In this document: one piece after another, positions 1-10,239 of the stretch | How the letters are laid out: the number at the start of each line of letters is the position of its first letter | How positions within the stretch are numbered: position 1 is the stretch's first letter | Source of the DNA: a candidate division WOR-3 bacterium | GTDB taxonomy: Bacteria > Hydrothermota > Hydrothermia > JBDRYB01 | Direction of reading: 5' to 3' | Length of the DNA: 19,284 nt | Assembly: GCA_049969615.1 (NCBI GenBank) | Contig: JBMFOM010000028.1 | Coordinates: 1-19,284 of the forward strand | The notes under the pieces: model-generated | Seen by the model: only the letters and a program-made list of their open reading frames with translations | What the model was told of the DNA's origin: nothing | The model's database searches: none | Program-made: the position numbers and the translations under genes

Positions 1-1
1 T

Positions 2-625
2 CCTCTCCTTCATACCCAGAGAATAAGGCAAGTGGTCAATCAGGGGCCAGCTAGAGGCCAGCCGGGTGAAGGATCACAAAAGGAGCTTGAGGCTGATAAC
101 AACAAAGATAAGAGGAAGATTGAAATCCGGAAACGAGACCTCCTCCTCCAGTCCTACAGGGCTGTCCGGCTCAACCTTGAGGACGAGGGCATGTTTCCGG
201 AGGCGGGGGAGCTCTATGTGAGGGAGATGGATCTCAAACGGGACTACAGGGTTGGCGGCCGTAGCTACCGGTTTCTCCTATGGCTCTACAAACTCGCCAG
301 CAAATACGGCGAGAGCTGGCTCAGGCCGTTGGTTTGGCTGGGTGTCATTGTTGGCATCTCAACCGCTATATTCACATCAACGGGAGTCAATGACGGGACC
401 AGAGACATTCACTACCAGTTCAAGTTAAGCTGGGATTTCTGGATGGACTGGGAGAACTGGTGGCCCTTTGTCTGCGCTCTCAAATCAACTATTCCCGGCC
501 TCGGGATGATGGAGCCGAGGCCCGTGGGGCCGTGGGGTGCCCTGGGGTCAATATTCACGACAGCAACAGGTGTTATCCTCATAACCCTTCTGGCTCTGGC
601 CATCCGCAGGCGCTTCAGGAGATAG
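2..625 (+). CDS. 5'-truncated membrane protein; resembles the C-terminal membrane region of pentapeptide-repeat proteins
   Basis: The frame is open from position 2, so the gene starts outside the window. It has 'AGELYVREM...LYKLASKYGESWLRPLVWL', then two hydrophobic segments and a C-terminal 'LAIRRRFRR'. This pattern is familiar from pentapeptide-repeat membrane proteins, but the repeats themselves are not in view. Confidence 0.6.
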   Translation, partial: PLLHTQRIRQVVNQGPARGQPGEGSQKELEADNNKDKRKIEIRKRDLLLQSYRAVRLNLEDEGMFPEAGELYVREMDLKRDYRVGGRSYRFLLWLYKLASKYGESWLRPLVWLGVIVGISTAIFTSTGVNDGTRDIHYQFKLSWDFWMDWENWWPFVCALKSTIPGLGMMEPRPVGPWGALGSIFTTATGVILITLLALAIRRRFRR

Positions 626-698
626 GCAGGAGGGTCTTTGCGCCCCCGCAATAGGGCACAGTCCGGCCCCGGCTACAAAGAGCCGTAGCTACCCATGA

Positions 699-1963
<1,265 letters not shown>

Positions 1964-1967
<4 letters not shown>

Positions 1968-2620
1968 AGCATCCTCGTGTTGTTTATCCAAACCTGGAAT
2001 GAGGCCGAAAGGGTCCTCGCGGCCCTCTCGGCTATGTGTATCCTCGGCGTAAAGATCTCAAAGTATTCTATAACCGGGCTTATTTCCGTGTCTATCTCTA
2101 TGCGGTAGGATATGACCCTCGCGGTCGCGTCCACATCTATTATGCTACTGGTGGCCGCGAAATTGACCCTGTCGTGAATGTCATTCTTTATGTCATATGC
2201 AACGACCCTTGACCTATGGACATCCGCCTTGTCCGCCAGGATGAGGGCCGCGGTTATCGGCGTCACGGGCTCGCCTGTTTCCTCGTGGTGGTTGCCTATG
2301 GCTGTCGCAACATCCAGGGCGTCCTGAAAAGGCATCCCGAGATGCGTCAGGTAATCAAGGGCGAGGAGAGCGCCGGTTTGTTCGTGCTGGACCCTGTTTA
2401 TGGCGCTCCCTATGTCGTGAAGATAGCCGGCTATCTCCGCGAGGCAGACATCCCTCTCCGGATAACCTAGCTCCCTCATTATCCTGCCTGCATCCTCGGA
2501 AACCCTTCCCATGTGCCTGTCGCCGTGCTCAGTGTATCCCAGCTTCACGAGGGCTTCGCGGGTCCTTGATATGAGCGCGGCTATCCTCTCGTCCCTTTTC
2601 AGGTCTTCAACGGTTATCAT
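1964..2620 (-). CDS. HD-domain metal-dependent phosphohydrolase
   Basis: Motif set H (YTEHG), HD (YLHDIG), H (GNHHE) and D (LADKAD); 'DIHDRVNFA'. Confidence 0.88.
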
Positions 2621-2636
2621 ACAAGAAGGTTAAATC

Positions 2637-3353
2637 CTAAAGGCCAAAAAGGCCCTCTTCCTCTACTATTGTCCCCACAACCACATAGTCAGCCCCCGCC
2701 ACGAAAGCCGCCTCTGCGGATTCTGGTGTCCTTATCCCCCCACCAACCAGGAGGGGGAGCCTAGTTTCATCCCTGGCGGCCCTTATCATCTCAGTGGGGA
2801 CCGGCATGGATGCTCCTGAACCCGCTTCAAGGTATATCGCCTTGAACCCCAAAAGACAAGCGGCCATGATGTGAGCTAGGAGTATATCAATTTTGTCCCT
2901 TGGGATAGGTTTTGTGCCGGACACAAATTCTACAGCTGTTTGGCCCCCGGATTCAACCAAAAGGTATGCGGTGGGGACAACATAAAGGCCCATCCTTTTT
3001 ATGTGCGGAGCGGCACGAACATGCTCGCCTATCAGGAACTCCGGGTTCCTGCCTGATATGAGGGATAACAACAGAATACCATCGGCATCTGGCGCCAGCT
3101 GGGTGGAATTGCCGGGGAATATTATGACTGGCCTCGCCATGTGTTCCCTGAGCGCCCTTACAAAACCTGGAAAGTCCTCTGAGAGCATCAGGCTGGTGCC
3201 GGCGAGAATTGCTTTGACCCTTTCCTCCGCGTTTATCCTCTCCGCTAGGTGCGGTATGTTGTCCCTGGGCAGGCGATCCGGGTCAACCAGGACAAAGAAT
3301 CCCCTGTCTCTATCTTCCGAAAAGAGTTTCCTTAAGGTATCTGAAGAGGGCAT
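2637..3353 (-). CDS. Geranylgeranylglyceryl phosphate (GGGP) synthase, PcrB/GGGPS family, group II-like
   Basis: 'VLVDPD', 'PVIIFPG', 'SLISGRNPEFLIG', 'YLEAGSGA', 'VGGGIR', 'GADYVVVGT'. AAGGA SD before the ATG. Confidence 0.93.
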   Translation of the reverse strand: MPSSDTLRKLFSEDRDRGFFVLVDPDRLPRDNIPHLAERINAEERVKAILAGTSLMLSEDFPGFVRALREHMARPVIIFPGNSTQLAPDADGILLLSLISGRNPEFLIGEHVRAAPHIKRMGLYVVPTAYLLVESGGQTAVEFVSGTKPIPRDKIDILLAHIMAACLLGFKAIYLEAGSGASMPVPTEMIRAARDETRLPLLVGGGIRTPESAEAAFVAGADYVVVGTIVEEEGLFGL

Positions 3354-4530
3354 TTTTTCCTTTTCTAACAGCGAGGGCCGCGAGGCCAGGCGCGCCAGAG
3401 AGTATCATGCGACCTATGTAGGTAGAATCAACGCTCTCAAGGGATCTCTCGTGAAAGAGGGGTTTGAGCTGTCCAAAGATGTAGTTAAGGTCGCCATCAG
3501 TAAAATCAAAATAGGCTTCCCTGATGGTGTAAGAGAGCTCATAGGCTTTCCTATCGGCCCTTGACCAGTAGAGCTTCGGGTATTCCGAAAGCCTCTTTGC
3601 AGAAAGATTGTCCTCGGAGAGGGCCTCGGCACCCACCTGGCCCGCACTGGCCCCGGAGACCATTGCTGGTCCTATTCCGCCGCCGGTTATTGGGTCCGCA
3701 AGCCTGGCCGCGTCTCCCGCGAGCATCACCCTATCGCCGTAAATCTTCAATTTGTGGCCACCTGTCGGGACAACAGAGAGTATCCGAGCCAGTCTCTTTC
3801 CGCCGGGGAAATATCTGCTGAGAAAGGCCTCCAGGTAGGGGAGCGGGTCAATCCTTTTTTTTCTATCTGCAACGCCAACCCCGGCGTTGGCGAGGCCATC
3901 GCGCTTCGTGAACAACCACGCATAGCCATGTGGAGCAATATCGTTGCCAGCATATAGACCAAGCCAATCGCCTGATATGCCATGGTCAGAAAGAAGAACC
4001 TGCGCGGTGTAGTGAATGTCGGCAATAGGGACATCAACGCCAAGGCCCATAGCCTTGCCAACAGCCGAAGCAGGGCCATCCGCGCCTACAATGAGCCGTG
4101 CGGTGATGCGCTCGTCCTTGCCAAGGTGGTTGAAGCTGACCTCAACGCCATCCTTTGTCCTCTGGGCAGCCGTGAACCTCGCGGATACCAGGAATTCAGC
4201 GCCCGCCTCCGCGGCCATCACGGCCAGGTCCCTATCAAAGATCCTCCTCTCAAGGATGTTTCCCACATGGCCGACGTGGACATGGAAGTATTCACCGGTT
4301 GGGCCATAGACCCTAACGCTCTGAACATGGTTACATATCCAGGCCTTCTCCGGCTCCCATCCCAAAGCCCTGAACCAGAAATCAGTTATCCCCTCAGCGC
4401 AGGCTATTTCGCCTGCAACCTGGCGCTGGCGTTCCAGAACCAGAACCCGATGGCCGCGGGAGGCCAATTCCCGCGCCGCACAGGAACCCGCGGGCCCCGC
4501 GCCAACAACAACAGCATCGTAGGATTCCAT
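3310..4530 (-). CDS. Geranylgeranyl reductase family FAD oxidoreductase (digeranylgeranylglycerophospholipid reductase-like)
   Basis: Rossmann 'VVGAGPAGS', 'CAEG', 'LERRIFDRDL', 'GADG', GGR motif 'PHGYAWLF' (canonical PxxYxWxFP), 'AGDAA...PITGGGI'. Confidence 0.88.
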   Translation of the reverse strand: MESYDAVVVGAGPAGSCAARELASRGHRVLVLERQRQVAGEIACAEGITDFWFRALGWEPEKAWICNHVQSVRVYGPTGEYFHVHVGHVGNILERRIFDRDLAVMAAEAGAEFLVSARFTAAQRTKDGVEVSFNHLGKDERITARLIVGADGPASAVGKAMGLGVDVPIADIHYTAQVLLSDHGISGDWLGLYAGNDIAPHGYAWLFTKRDGLANAGVGVADRKKRIDPLPYLEAFLSRYFPGGKRLARILSVVPTGGHKLKIYGDRVMLAGDAARLADPITGGGIGPAMVSGASAGQVGAEALSEDNLSAKRLSEYPKLYWSRADRKAYELSYTIREAYFDFTDGDLNYIFGQLKPLFHERSLESVDSTYIGRMILSGAPGLAALAVRKGKNALFRYLKETLFGR

Positions 4531-4539
4531 TTCGGGTTT

Positions 4540-5610
4540 TCAAACAGGGAGTCCAGCCTTCTCAATGATCTTGGTCCTTATCTCCTCCGCTATCTCCGGA
4601 TGCTCCTTGAGAAAATCAACGGCTTTGTCCCTGCCCTGGCCTATCTGGGTATCCCCATATGTATACCAGGAACCAGACCTTTTGACTATGCCCTTTTCAA
4701 GACCAAGATCAACCAGTTCCCCGAAGGGATCTATGCCCTTACCATAAAGTAGATCAATCTGAGCGCTCTTGAACGGAGGAGCCACCTTGTTCTTCTGGAC
4801 TTTGAGTTTCAAGGTGTGGCCAATGGCCTCCTCGCCCTCCTTGATCTGTCCGGAACGTCTTACCTCAATCCTCATGGAGGCGTAGAACTTGAGAGCGTTG
4901 CCGCCGGTGGTCACCTCCGGGTTTGCATATGGGCCAACCCCTATCTTATATCTTATCTGGTTGATGAAAATCACAACAGCCCTGCTTTTGCTTACCGCGC
5001 CTGTGAGCTTGCGGAGCGCCTTGGACATGAGCCTCGCTTGCGTGCCAACCGTGATGTCCTCCATCGCCCCCTCAAGCTCTGCCCTCGGAACCAGCGCGGC
5101 CACCGAATCCACGACGAATATATCCACGCCTCCGGAACGAACCATGGTCTCAAGGATGTCAAGGGCCTGTTCACCATCATCCGGTTGGGAAACCCAGAGA
5201 TTGTCAACATCAACGCCGAGGGCCTTCGCGTAGGCAACATCAAGCGCGTGCTCAGCGTCTATAAACATCGCAACTCCGCCCATTTTTTGGGCCTCGGCAA
5301 TCGCCAGGAGCGCTATGGTGGTCTTGCCGGTCATCTCCGGACCGTATATCTCCACTATTCTGCCCCTCGGATACCCGCCAACCCCAAGAGCTATGTCAAG
5401 GCCAAGGGAGCCGGAGGGAATTACCGGAACCTTCTCAACCGGTATACCTCCTATGATCTGAACCGCACCCTTGCCATAGTTCTTCTCCACGAGCTTGAGC
5501 GCGGCTTCAAGTGCCTTTGCCCTCTCGGGGTCAGATTCCAACCTTCCGGCTTCTGGACGCTTTGAGCTGTCCGTAGCCTTCGGTTCCTTCTTATCCTCTT
5601 TTTCGGCCAT
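4540..5610 (-). CDS. recA: Recombinase RecA
   Basis: '[27 protein letters not shown]', 'FIDAEHALD', 'VVDSVAAL', '[12 protein letters not shown]', '[10 protein letters not shown]', 'KNKVAPPF'. Start set at ATG 5610 (AAGGAG SD); the longer ORF would overlap dcd. Confidence 0.98.
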   Translation of the reverse strand: MAEKEDKKEPKATDSSKRPEAGRLESDPERAKALEAALKLVEKNYGKGAVQIIGGIPVEKVPVIPSGSLGLDIALGVGGYPRGRIVEIYGPEMTGKTTIALLAIAEAQKMGGVAMFIDAEHALDVAYAKALGVDVDNLWVSQPDDGEQALDILETMVRSGGVDIFVVDSVAALVPRAELEGAMEDITVGTQARLMSKALRKLTGAVSKSRAVVIFINQIRYKIGVGPYANPEVTTGGNALKFYASMRIEVRRSGQIKEGEEAIGHTLKLKVQKNKVAPPFKSAQIDLLYGKGIDPFGELVDLGLEKGIVKRSGSWYTYGDTQIGQGRDKAVDFLKEHPEIAEEIRTKIIEKAGLPV

Positions 5611-5623
5611 ATCAGCTTCTCCT

Positions 5624-6217
5624 TTATTTCCTACGTTTCCCCACACTCTCCCCCTCGGCCTCATCAATCCTGGGGGCAACCACCCCTTTCTGGGCCTGAT
5701 ACTTGCCCTTCCTGTCGCCATAGGAGCACCTAGTGATTTCTGTTGCCTCAAGGAATATCAATTGCGCTATGCCCTCGCCAGCATATACCTTTGCAGGAAG
5801 CGGAGTCGTATTTGAAATCTCTATTGTCAGATGGCCTTCCCACTCCGGCTCAAGAGGGGTTATGTTGACAACGATGCCACAACGGGCATAAGTGCTCTTG
5901 CCCAAGCATATCCCCAGAACATCCCTAGGTATCCTGAAGTATTCAAGAGACCGGGCCAGACAGAAGGAATTTGGAGGTATCACACACTCATTGCCCCTGA
6001 AATCAACGAGGCTCCTATTGTCAAAATTCTTCGGATCAACAACCGTATTCCAGACCTCCGTGAATATCTTGAACTCATCCGCCACGCGGATGTCATATCC
6101 ATATGATGAAAGGCCAAACGAGACGACACCACCGCGAACCAGCTCCGGCACAAATGGTTCAATCATACCGTGCTTGGTCGCCATCTCCTCTATCCAGCGG
6201 TCTGACTTTATGCCCAC
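5624..6217 (-). CDS. dcd: dCTP deaminase
   Basis: '[12 protein letters not shown]', 'GKSTYARCG', 'TPLEPEWEG', 'GEGIAQ', 'YGDRKGKYQ'. Probable GTG start at 6217 with a GGGAG SD. Confidence 0.95.
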   Translation of the reverse strand: MGIKSDRWIEEMATKHGMIEPFVPELVRGGVVSFGLSSYGYDIRVADEFKIFTEVWNTVVDPKNFDNRSLVDFRGNECVIPPNSFCLARSLEYFRIPRDVLGICLGKSTYARCGIVVNITPLEPEWEGHLTIEISNTTPLPAKVYAGEGIAQLIFLEATEITRCSYGDRKGKYQAQKGVVAPRIDEAEGESVGKRRK

Positions 6218-6312
6218 GGCACAACTCCCAAAATCCAATCTGTTCCATCAGGGAGCAATAATCCCATAGTATTTCCTCTCAAAGGCCCTTCTCTCGCCGA
6301 CCATTCGTTTGT

Positions 6313-6690
6313 TCAATCAACCGCGGCGATACACTCCATCTCCACCAACGCACCCTTCGGAAGTCCCGAAACTGCCACACAGGCCCTCGCGGGATACGGC
6401 TCCGAGAAAAAGCTGGCATAGACCTCGTTCACCCTTGGAAAATCAGCCATATCAACGAGGAATATGGTGACCTTGAGAACATCCTTCATATCAAGGCCCG
6501 CGGCCTCCAGAATAGCCGCCATGTTCTGAAGAGCAAGGCGTGCCTGGGCTTCCACGCCATCGGCGAGATTGCCCGTCTCCGGATCCATACCCAACTGGCC
6601 TGAGACGAAAACAAAACCTTCTGACTCTATGGCCTGGCTGTATGGGCCGACTGGCCTCGGCGCGCGCGGTGATTCAACGGATTTCTTCAT
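6313..6690 (-). CDS. ridA: RidA/YjgF/UK114 reactive-intermediate deaminase
   Basis: 'APRPVGPYSQA', 'FVSGQLG', 'VNEVYASFF', 'YPARACVAV..LPKGALVEME' including the catalytic Arg. Start ATG 6690. Confidence 0.92.
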   Translation of the reverse strand: MKKSVESPRAPRPVGPYSQAIESEGFVFVSGQLGMDPETGNLADGVEAQARLALQNMAAILEAAGLDMKDVLKVTIFLVDMADFPRVNEVYASFFSEPYPARACVAVSGLPKGALVEMECIAAVD

Positions 6691-6795
6691 GCCCAAATAA
6701 TAGACCAGGAGCCATGGCCGGTGCAACCATTCTTGGGTTCGCGAGAGCAAAGAGAATCTCCCTGAAAAATCCCGGTGTCCTTAATAGGCACTGGC

Positions 6796-6829
6796 CTTAA
6801 CACTTTCTTAACCGAACCCTCGTTATACT
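6796..6829 (+). promoter_or_regulatory. Pho-box-like direct repeat plus -10 element upstream of pstC
   Basis: CTTAACA (6796-6802) and CTTAACC (6807-6813) are 11 bp apart, and the second ends 10 nt before TATACT (6824-6829). This is the geometry of PhoB/PhoP-activated promoters. Confidence 0.7.
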
Positions 6830-6833
6830 TTTT

Positions 6834-7712
6834 GTGTTGAAACGGCTAACTGATAGACTTGCTAGGGTCGCGTTCTTGTTTGCCGCAGGCGTTTCAATCC
6901 TCGTTGTGGCTGGCATAGTCCTCCTCTTGGGTAAGAACACCTTCATAGCCCTTAAGACCGTTCCGGTTACGCAACTGCTTTTCGGTACCAACTGGAATCC
7001 TGCTGGCTATACTGGTGCCAGCTATGGCACGCTCCCTCTTCTTCTCTCGTCAATCATGGTCACTACTGGGGCAATGGCAATAGCGGTTCCGTGGGGCCTG
7101 CTTGTCGCGGTCTATCTCTCCGAGGTGGCTACTAACCGCCAGAGATCATGGCTGAAACCCATAGTTGAGCTCCTCGCGGCTGTGCCATCAGTGATATACG
7201 GGTTCCTGGGTTTGGTAATAACAGGGCCTCTGGTCGCGAGGCTCACAGGCCATAGCTCTGGCCTCAACGCCCTGAACGCCTCTATCATACTCGCGATAAT
7301 GATACTCCCAACTATAATCTCAATATCAGATGACGCTCTGAAGACGGTCCCGAAGACATACAGGGAGGCCGCAAGGGCACTAGGCGCGACCCGGTGGCAG
7401 ACAATATGGGGAGTCGTGGTCAAGGCCGCGAGGCCGGGCATAGTCGCTTCAGTGATGCTCGGTTTCGGAAGGGCAGTCGGCGAGACAATGGCGGTTCTCA
7501 TGGCCGCGGGCAACGCGCCGGCTATGCCGCGTTCTTTCCTTGATCCGGTGAGGCCGCTGACATCAACCATAGCAATAGAGCTGGGTGAGGTTGCCTGGAA
7601 CACTGAGCACTATTATGTTCTGTTTGCCTTGGGGTTTTATCTGTTCCTGATAACAATGGTCGTCAACCTGATGGCCGAGCCATTCGTCAAGAGAATAAAG
7701 GAGGCCGCGTGA
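6834..7712 (+). CDS. pstC: Phosphate ABC transporter permease PstC
   Basis: 'AVYLSE', 'VELLAAVPSVIYG', EAA loop 'YREAARALGATRWQT', 'GRAVGETMAV'. Confidence 0.95.
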   Translation: MLKRLTDRLARVAFLFAAGVSILVVAGIVLLLGKNTFIALKTVPVTQLLFGTNWNPAGYTGASYGTLPLLLSSIMVTTGAMAIAVPWGLLVAVYLSEVATNRQRSWLKPIVELLAAVPSVIYGFLGLVITGPLVARLTGHSSGLNALNASIILAIMILPTIISISDDALKTVPKTYREAARALGATRWQTIWGVVVKAARPGIVASVMLGFGRAVGETMAVLMAAGNAPAMPRSFLDPVRPLTSTIAIELGEVAWNTEHYYVLFALGFYLFLITMVVNLMAEPFVKRIKEAA

Positions 7713-8569
7713 GCAGATGGGGCAGACTCATAAAAAAGATAACTGACGGGGCCGGAACAGCAGTCATAATGCTGTCAGCGATATTTGTGGCAATTGTTCT
7801 GGGCTACATATTCTCGTTCATAATCCTGAAGGGAGCCGGAGCGATCAGTTGGGAATTCCTGACGAAACCGCCCCTGAACAACATGACCGAGGGGGGAATA
7901 CTCCCGGCCATTGTGGGCACATTTTATTTGGCTACAATATCAACCATTGCCTCCTTCCCAATAGGGCTTGGCGCTGGAATTTATCTCGCGGAATACGCCT
8001 CCGATAATTGGTTCACGAAACTGGCAAGGAGCACAACACGCAACCTGGCGGGGATCCCGTCAATAGTTTATGGGATCTTTGGGGTCGCGCTGTTCGTTCA
8101 GCTTTCAAGGATGGGGACATCGCTCTTGGCATCTGGTCTTACGCTTGGCCTCATGAACCTGCCCTGGCTCATAACTACATCCGAGGAGGCTCTTCGCCAG
8201 GTCCCTCACTCATACAGGGAGGGTTCGCTGGCGCTCGGCGCGACGAAATGGCAGACGATCTGGAAGGCAATATTGCCCGCGGCCCTACCCGGCATACTGA
8301 CTGGCCTCATCCTGTCCATGTCGCGCGCGGCCGGCGAGACAGCGCCCATTCTCTTTACGGGCGTGGTATTCTATACACCACACCTACCTGCCAGCCCCTC
8401 AAGTCAGTTCATGGCCTTACCTTATCACCTGTATATTCTGGCAACCCAGCACCAGAATATAGAGGGAGTTCGGCCACTGGCATACGGAACCGCGCTCGTT
8501 CTCATAACACTGACCTTCATCTTGAACCTGGTTGCTTTCTTCATAAGGAAGAAGTTCACCGTTTTATAA
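7709..8569 (+). CDS. pstA: Phosphate ABC transporter permease PstA
   Basis: 'GGILPAIVGT', 'IYLAEY', 'LAGIPSIVYG', 'SLALGATKWQT', 'RAAGETAPI'. GTGA overlap with pstC. Confidence 0.95.
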   Translation: MSRWGRLIKKITDGAGTAVIMLSAIFVAIVLGYIFSFIILKGAGAISWEFLTKPPLNNMTEGGILPAIVGTFYLATISTIASFPIGLGAGIYLAEYASDNWFTKLARSTTRNLAGIPSIVYGIFGVALFVQLSRMGTSLLASGLTLGLMNLPWLITTSEEALRQVPHSYREGSLALGATKWQTIWKAILPAALPGILTGLILSMSRAAGETAPILFTGVVFYTPHLPASPSSQFMALPYHLYILATQHQNIEGVRPLAYGTALVLITLTFILNLVAFFIRKKFTVL

Positions 8570-8576
8570 TCTGGCA

Positions 8577-9253
8577 ATGTGTGGACAGGTCAAGGAACTT
8601 CTGGAATTCAACCTAGGCAAGTCCGGCGCCAACATAATCGCCGGACTGTTTTTCGCTTACATACTTTTCACCTTTGGTGCTTCCATTTATCTCTTCTTTT
8701 TTCGCCGATGAGCGAAACGCTCCTTACCTTTTTCAGGCCGTTCTTCTCCCTTGAGGGCGGGACAGAGACCCTCGTGTGTTTCGTGGCATTTATACCCTAC
8801 CTGCTTGTTTGGATATTCTTCTACGCGGGGATTATCTGGTGAATCCCCTGGGGAAACTATTTAGAAAACGATGACAGGGTAACAGTCTTAAACTTCACCA
8901 GATTTATGTTGGCTGTAATAGCTCCCTGGCTTGATGCCCTGTTCGGTGTTAACTTCAACAGGATTGCCCTTCTTGTTGCCGGAGAGGGAATACTGGGAAT
9001 GCTCGTGTCGGTTCCAACCCTCTTCAGATTTATGGGAGCAGAGATGGTAATATTCTCTTTCAGGGAATTCGCTGGCTATATGTTCCAGCTCGTGCCGGTC
9101 ATCGTGAGCACTGCGGCCTTTGTGCCCATGTTTATTGACGCGTGGAGGCTTGGGATCGTAGGTAACCCCATCCATGATCCCCGGTGGTATATCTGGCTGA
9201 TCCTGGGTTCATTGGGAGTAATGAGGAGCTTCAGGGGTGGGTTATTGGAGTAA
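8577..9253 (+). pseudogene. Disrupted multi-pass membrane protein of unknown function (about 225 aa if repaired)
   Basis: ATG 8577 opens a hydrophobic frame (MCGQVKELLEFNLGKSGANIIAGLFFAYILFTFGASIYLFF) that stops at 8709-8711. Adding one T to the T6 run at 8697-8702 joins it to the frame holding ORFs 8579-8842 and 8906-9253. Those two are the same frame, split only by TGA 8840-8842. Confidence 0.65.
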
Positions 9254-9284
9254 TCACGAACCTAAAGTCCTTATTCTTCCTCTG

Positions 9285-10238
9285 CTACTCAGGTTTTGCC
9301 TCGCCCTCCGGTCTCGGCCTTGAGGCGAGGAACTCAAGCCGCTCCCATTCCCGACGTATATCCTCCTTGAGGTCATCAATGAGCTTGGGGTCCCTGAGAA
9401 TGTGCCTGAAACGGGTCTGTGCCTTCAGAAAATCCTCAAGGGGCCGGAATTCCTTAGGTCTGACGGTGATCCGGAAATAACCGTTCTCAACCTCGTAGAG
9501 GGGCCAGAAGCCGGTCTCCACCGCGAGATGGGAAATCTCTATGGTCTTTTCGTCCGGGAACCCCCAGCCAGGAGGGCACGCGGAGAGAACATTCAGGAAC
9601 GCCGGGCCATCTGTCAGAAGACCCTTCTCAGCTTTGCGTGCCAGATCAAGCCAGTGAGAAGGTGAACCCTGGGCCGCATAAGGGATGTCATGGGCCGCGA
9701 CTATCTCTGTGAGGGGCTTTCGTCTCTGCTGTTTGCCGGGAACAACCGTTCCGGCCGGAGATGTTGTTGTTGAACCGTGCCTGGGCGTCGCACCAGAGCG
9801 CTGAATCCCGGTGTTCATGTATGCACCATTATCATAGCAGACATAAAGGAAATCGTGGCCGCGCTCGAGCGCTCCAGAAAGTGCCTGAAGCCCTATGTCA
9901 TAGGTACCGCCATCCCCAGCAAAGACCACGAACCTTATCTTCTTATCACCGGGTATCTTTCCCTTTCGGACCAAGGCCTTGTATGCGGCCTCTATGCCGG
10001 ATATGGTAGCGCCGGTGTTGTCAAAAGCGCTGTGGAACCAGGTCACTGGCCAGGAGTTATATGGGTAAATGGAGGTCACGACCTCCATACAGCCAGTCGC
10101 GTTGACCACGACAACCGGATCATCCGTAACCGAGAGGATTATCCTTATTATAGAAGGAAAAGCACAACCCGCGCAGGCCCTGTGGCCTGGGGCCAGTTCG
10201 CGGCCCTGACGGGCGAGTTTTCTTATACTTATAGCCAT
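9285..10238 (-). CDS. porB: Pyruvate/2-oxoacid:ferredoxin oxidoreductase beta subunit
   Basis: 'GHRACAGC', 'NATGC', TPP motif 'GDG...YDNGAYMNTG', distal 'CP'. Confidence 0.93.
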   Translation of the reverse strand: MAISIRKLARQGRELAPGHRACAGCAFPSIIRIILSVTDDPVVVVNATGCMEVVTSIYPYNSWPVTWFHSAFDNTGATISGIEAAYKALVRKGKIPGDKKIRFVVFAGDGGTYDIGLQALSGALERGHDFLYVCYDNGAYMNTGIQRSGATPRHGSTTTSPAGTVVPGKQQRRKPLTEIVAAHDIPYAAQGSPSHWLDLARKAEKGLLTDGPAFLNVLSACPPGWGFPDEKTIEISHLAVETGFWPLYEVENGYFRITVRPKEFRPLEDFLKAQTRFRHILRDPKLIDDLKEDIRREWERLEFLASRPRPEGEAKPE

Positions 10239-10239
10239 C

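Noticed and set aside
626-698. Short stems between the convergent membrane-protein gene and rho (CGGCT/AGCCG, GCTAC/GTAGC)
   Set aside because: Only 5-bp stems with no U-tract; not a convincing terminator.
6208-6275. 19-codon minus-strand ORF ([19 protein letters not shown]) with a GAGGA SD, overlapping the dcd start
   Set aside because: Too short to distinguish from chance, with no leader-peptide or attenuator signature.
8840-8856. In-frame TGA followed by TCCCC-T-GGGGA, considered as selenocysteine or TGA recoding
   Set aside because: TGA is used as a stop in many genes here (ATGA overlaps). The hairpin lacks bacterial SECIS spacing and shape, the context is not a redox motif, and the gene also has a frameshift.
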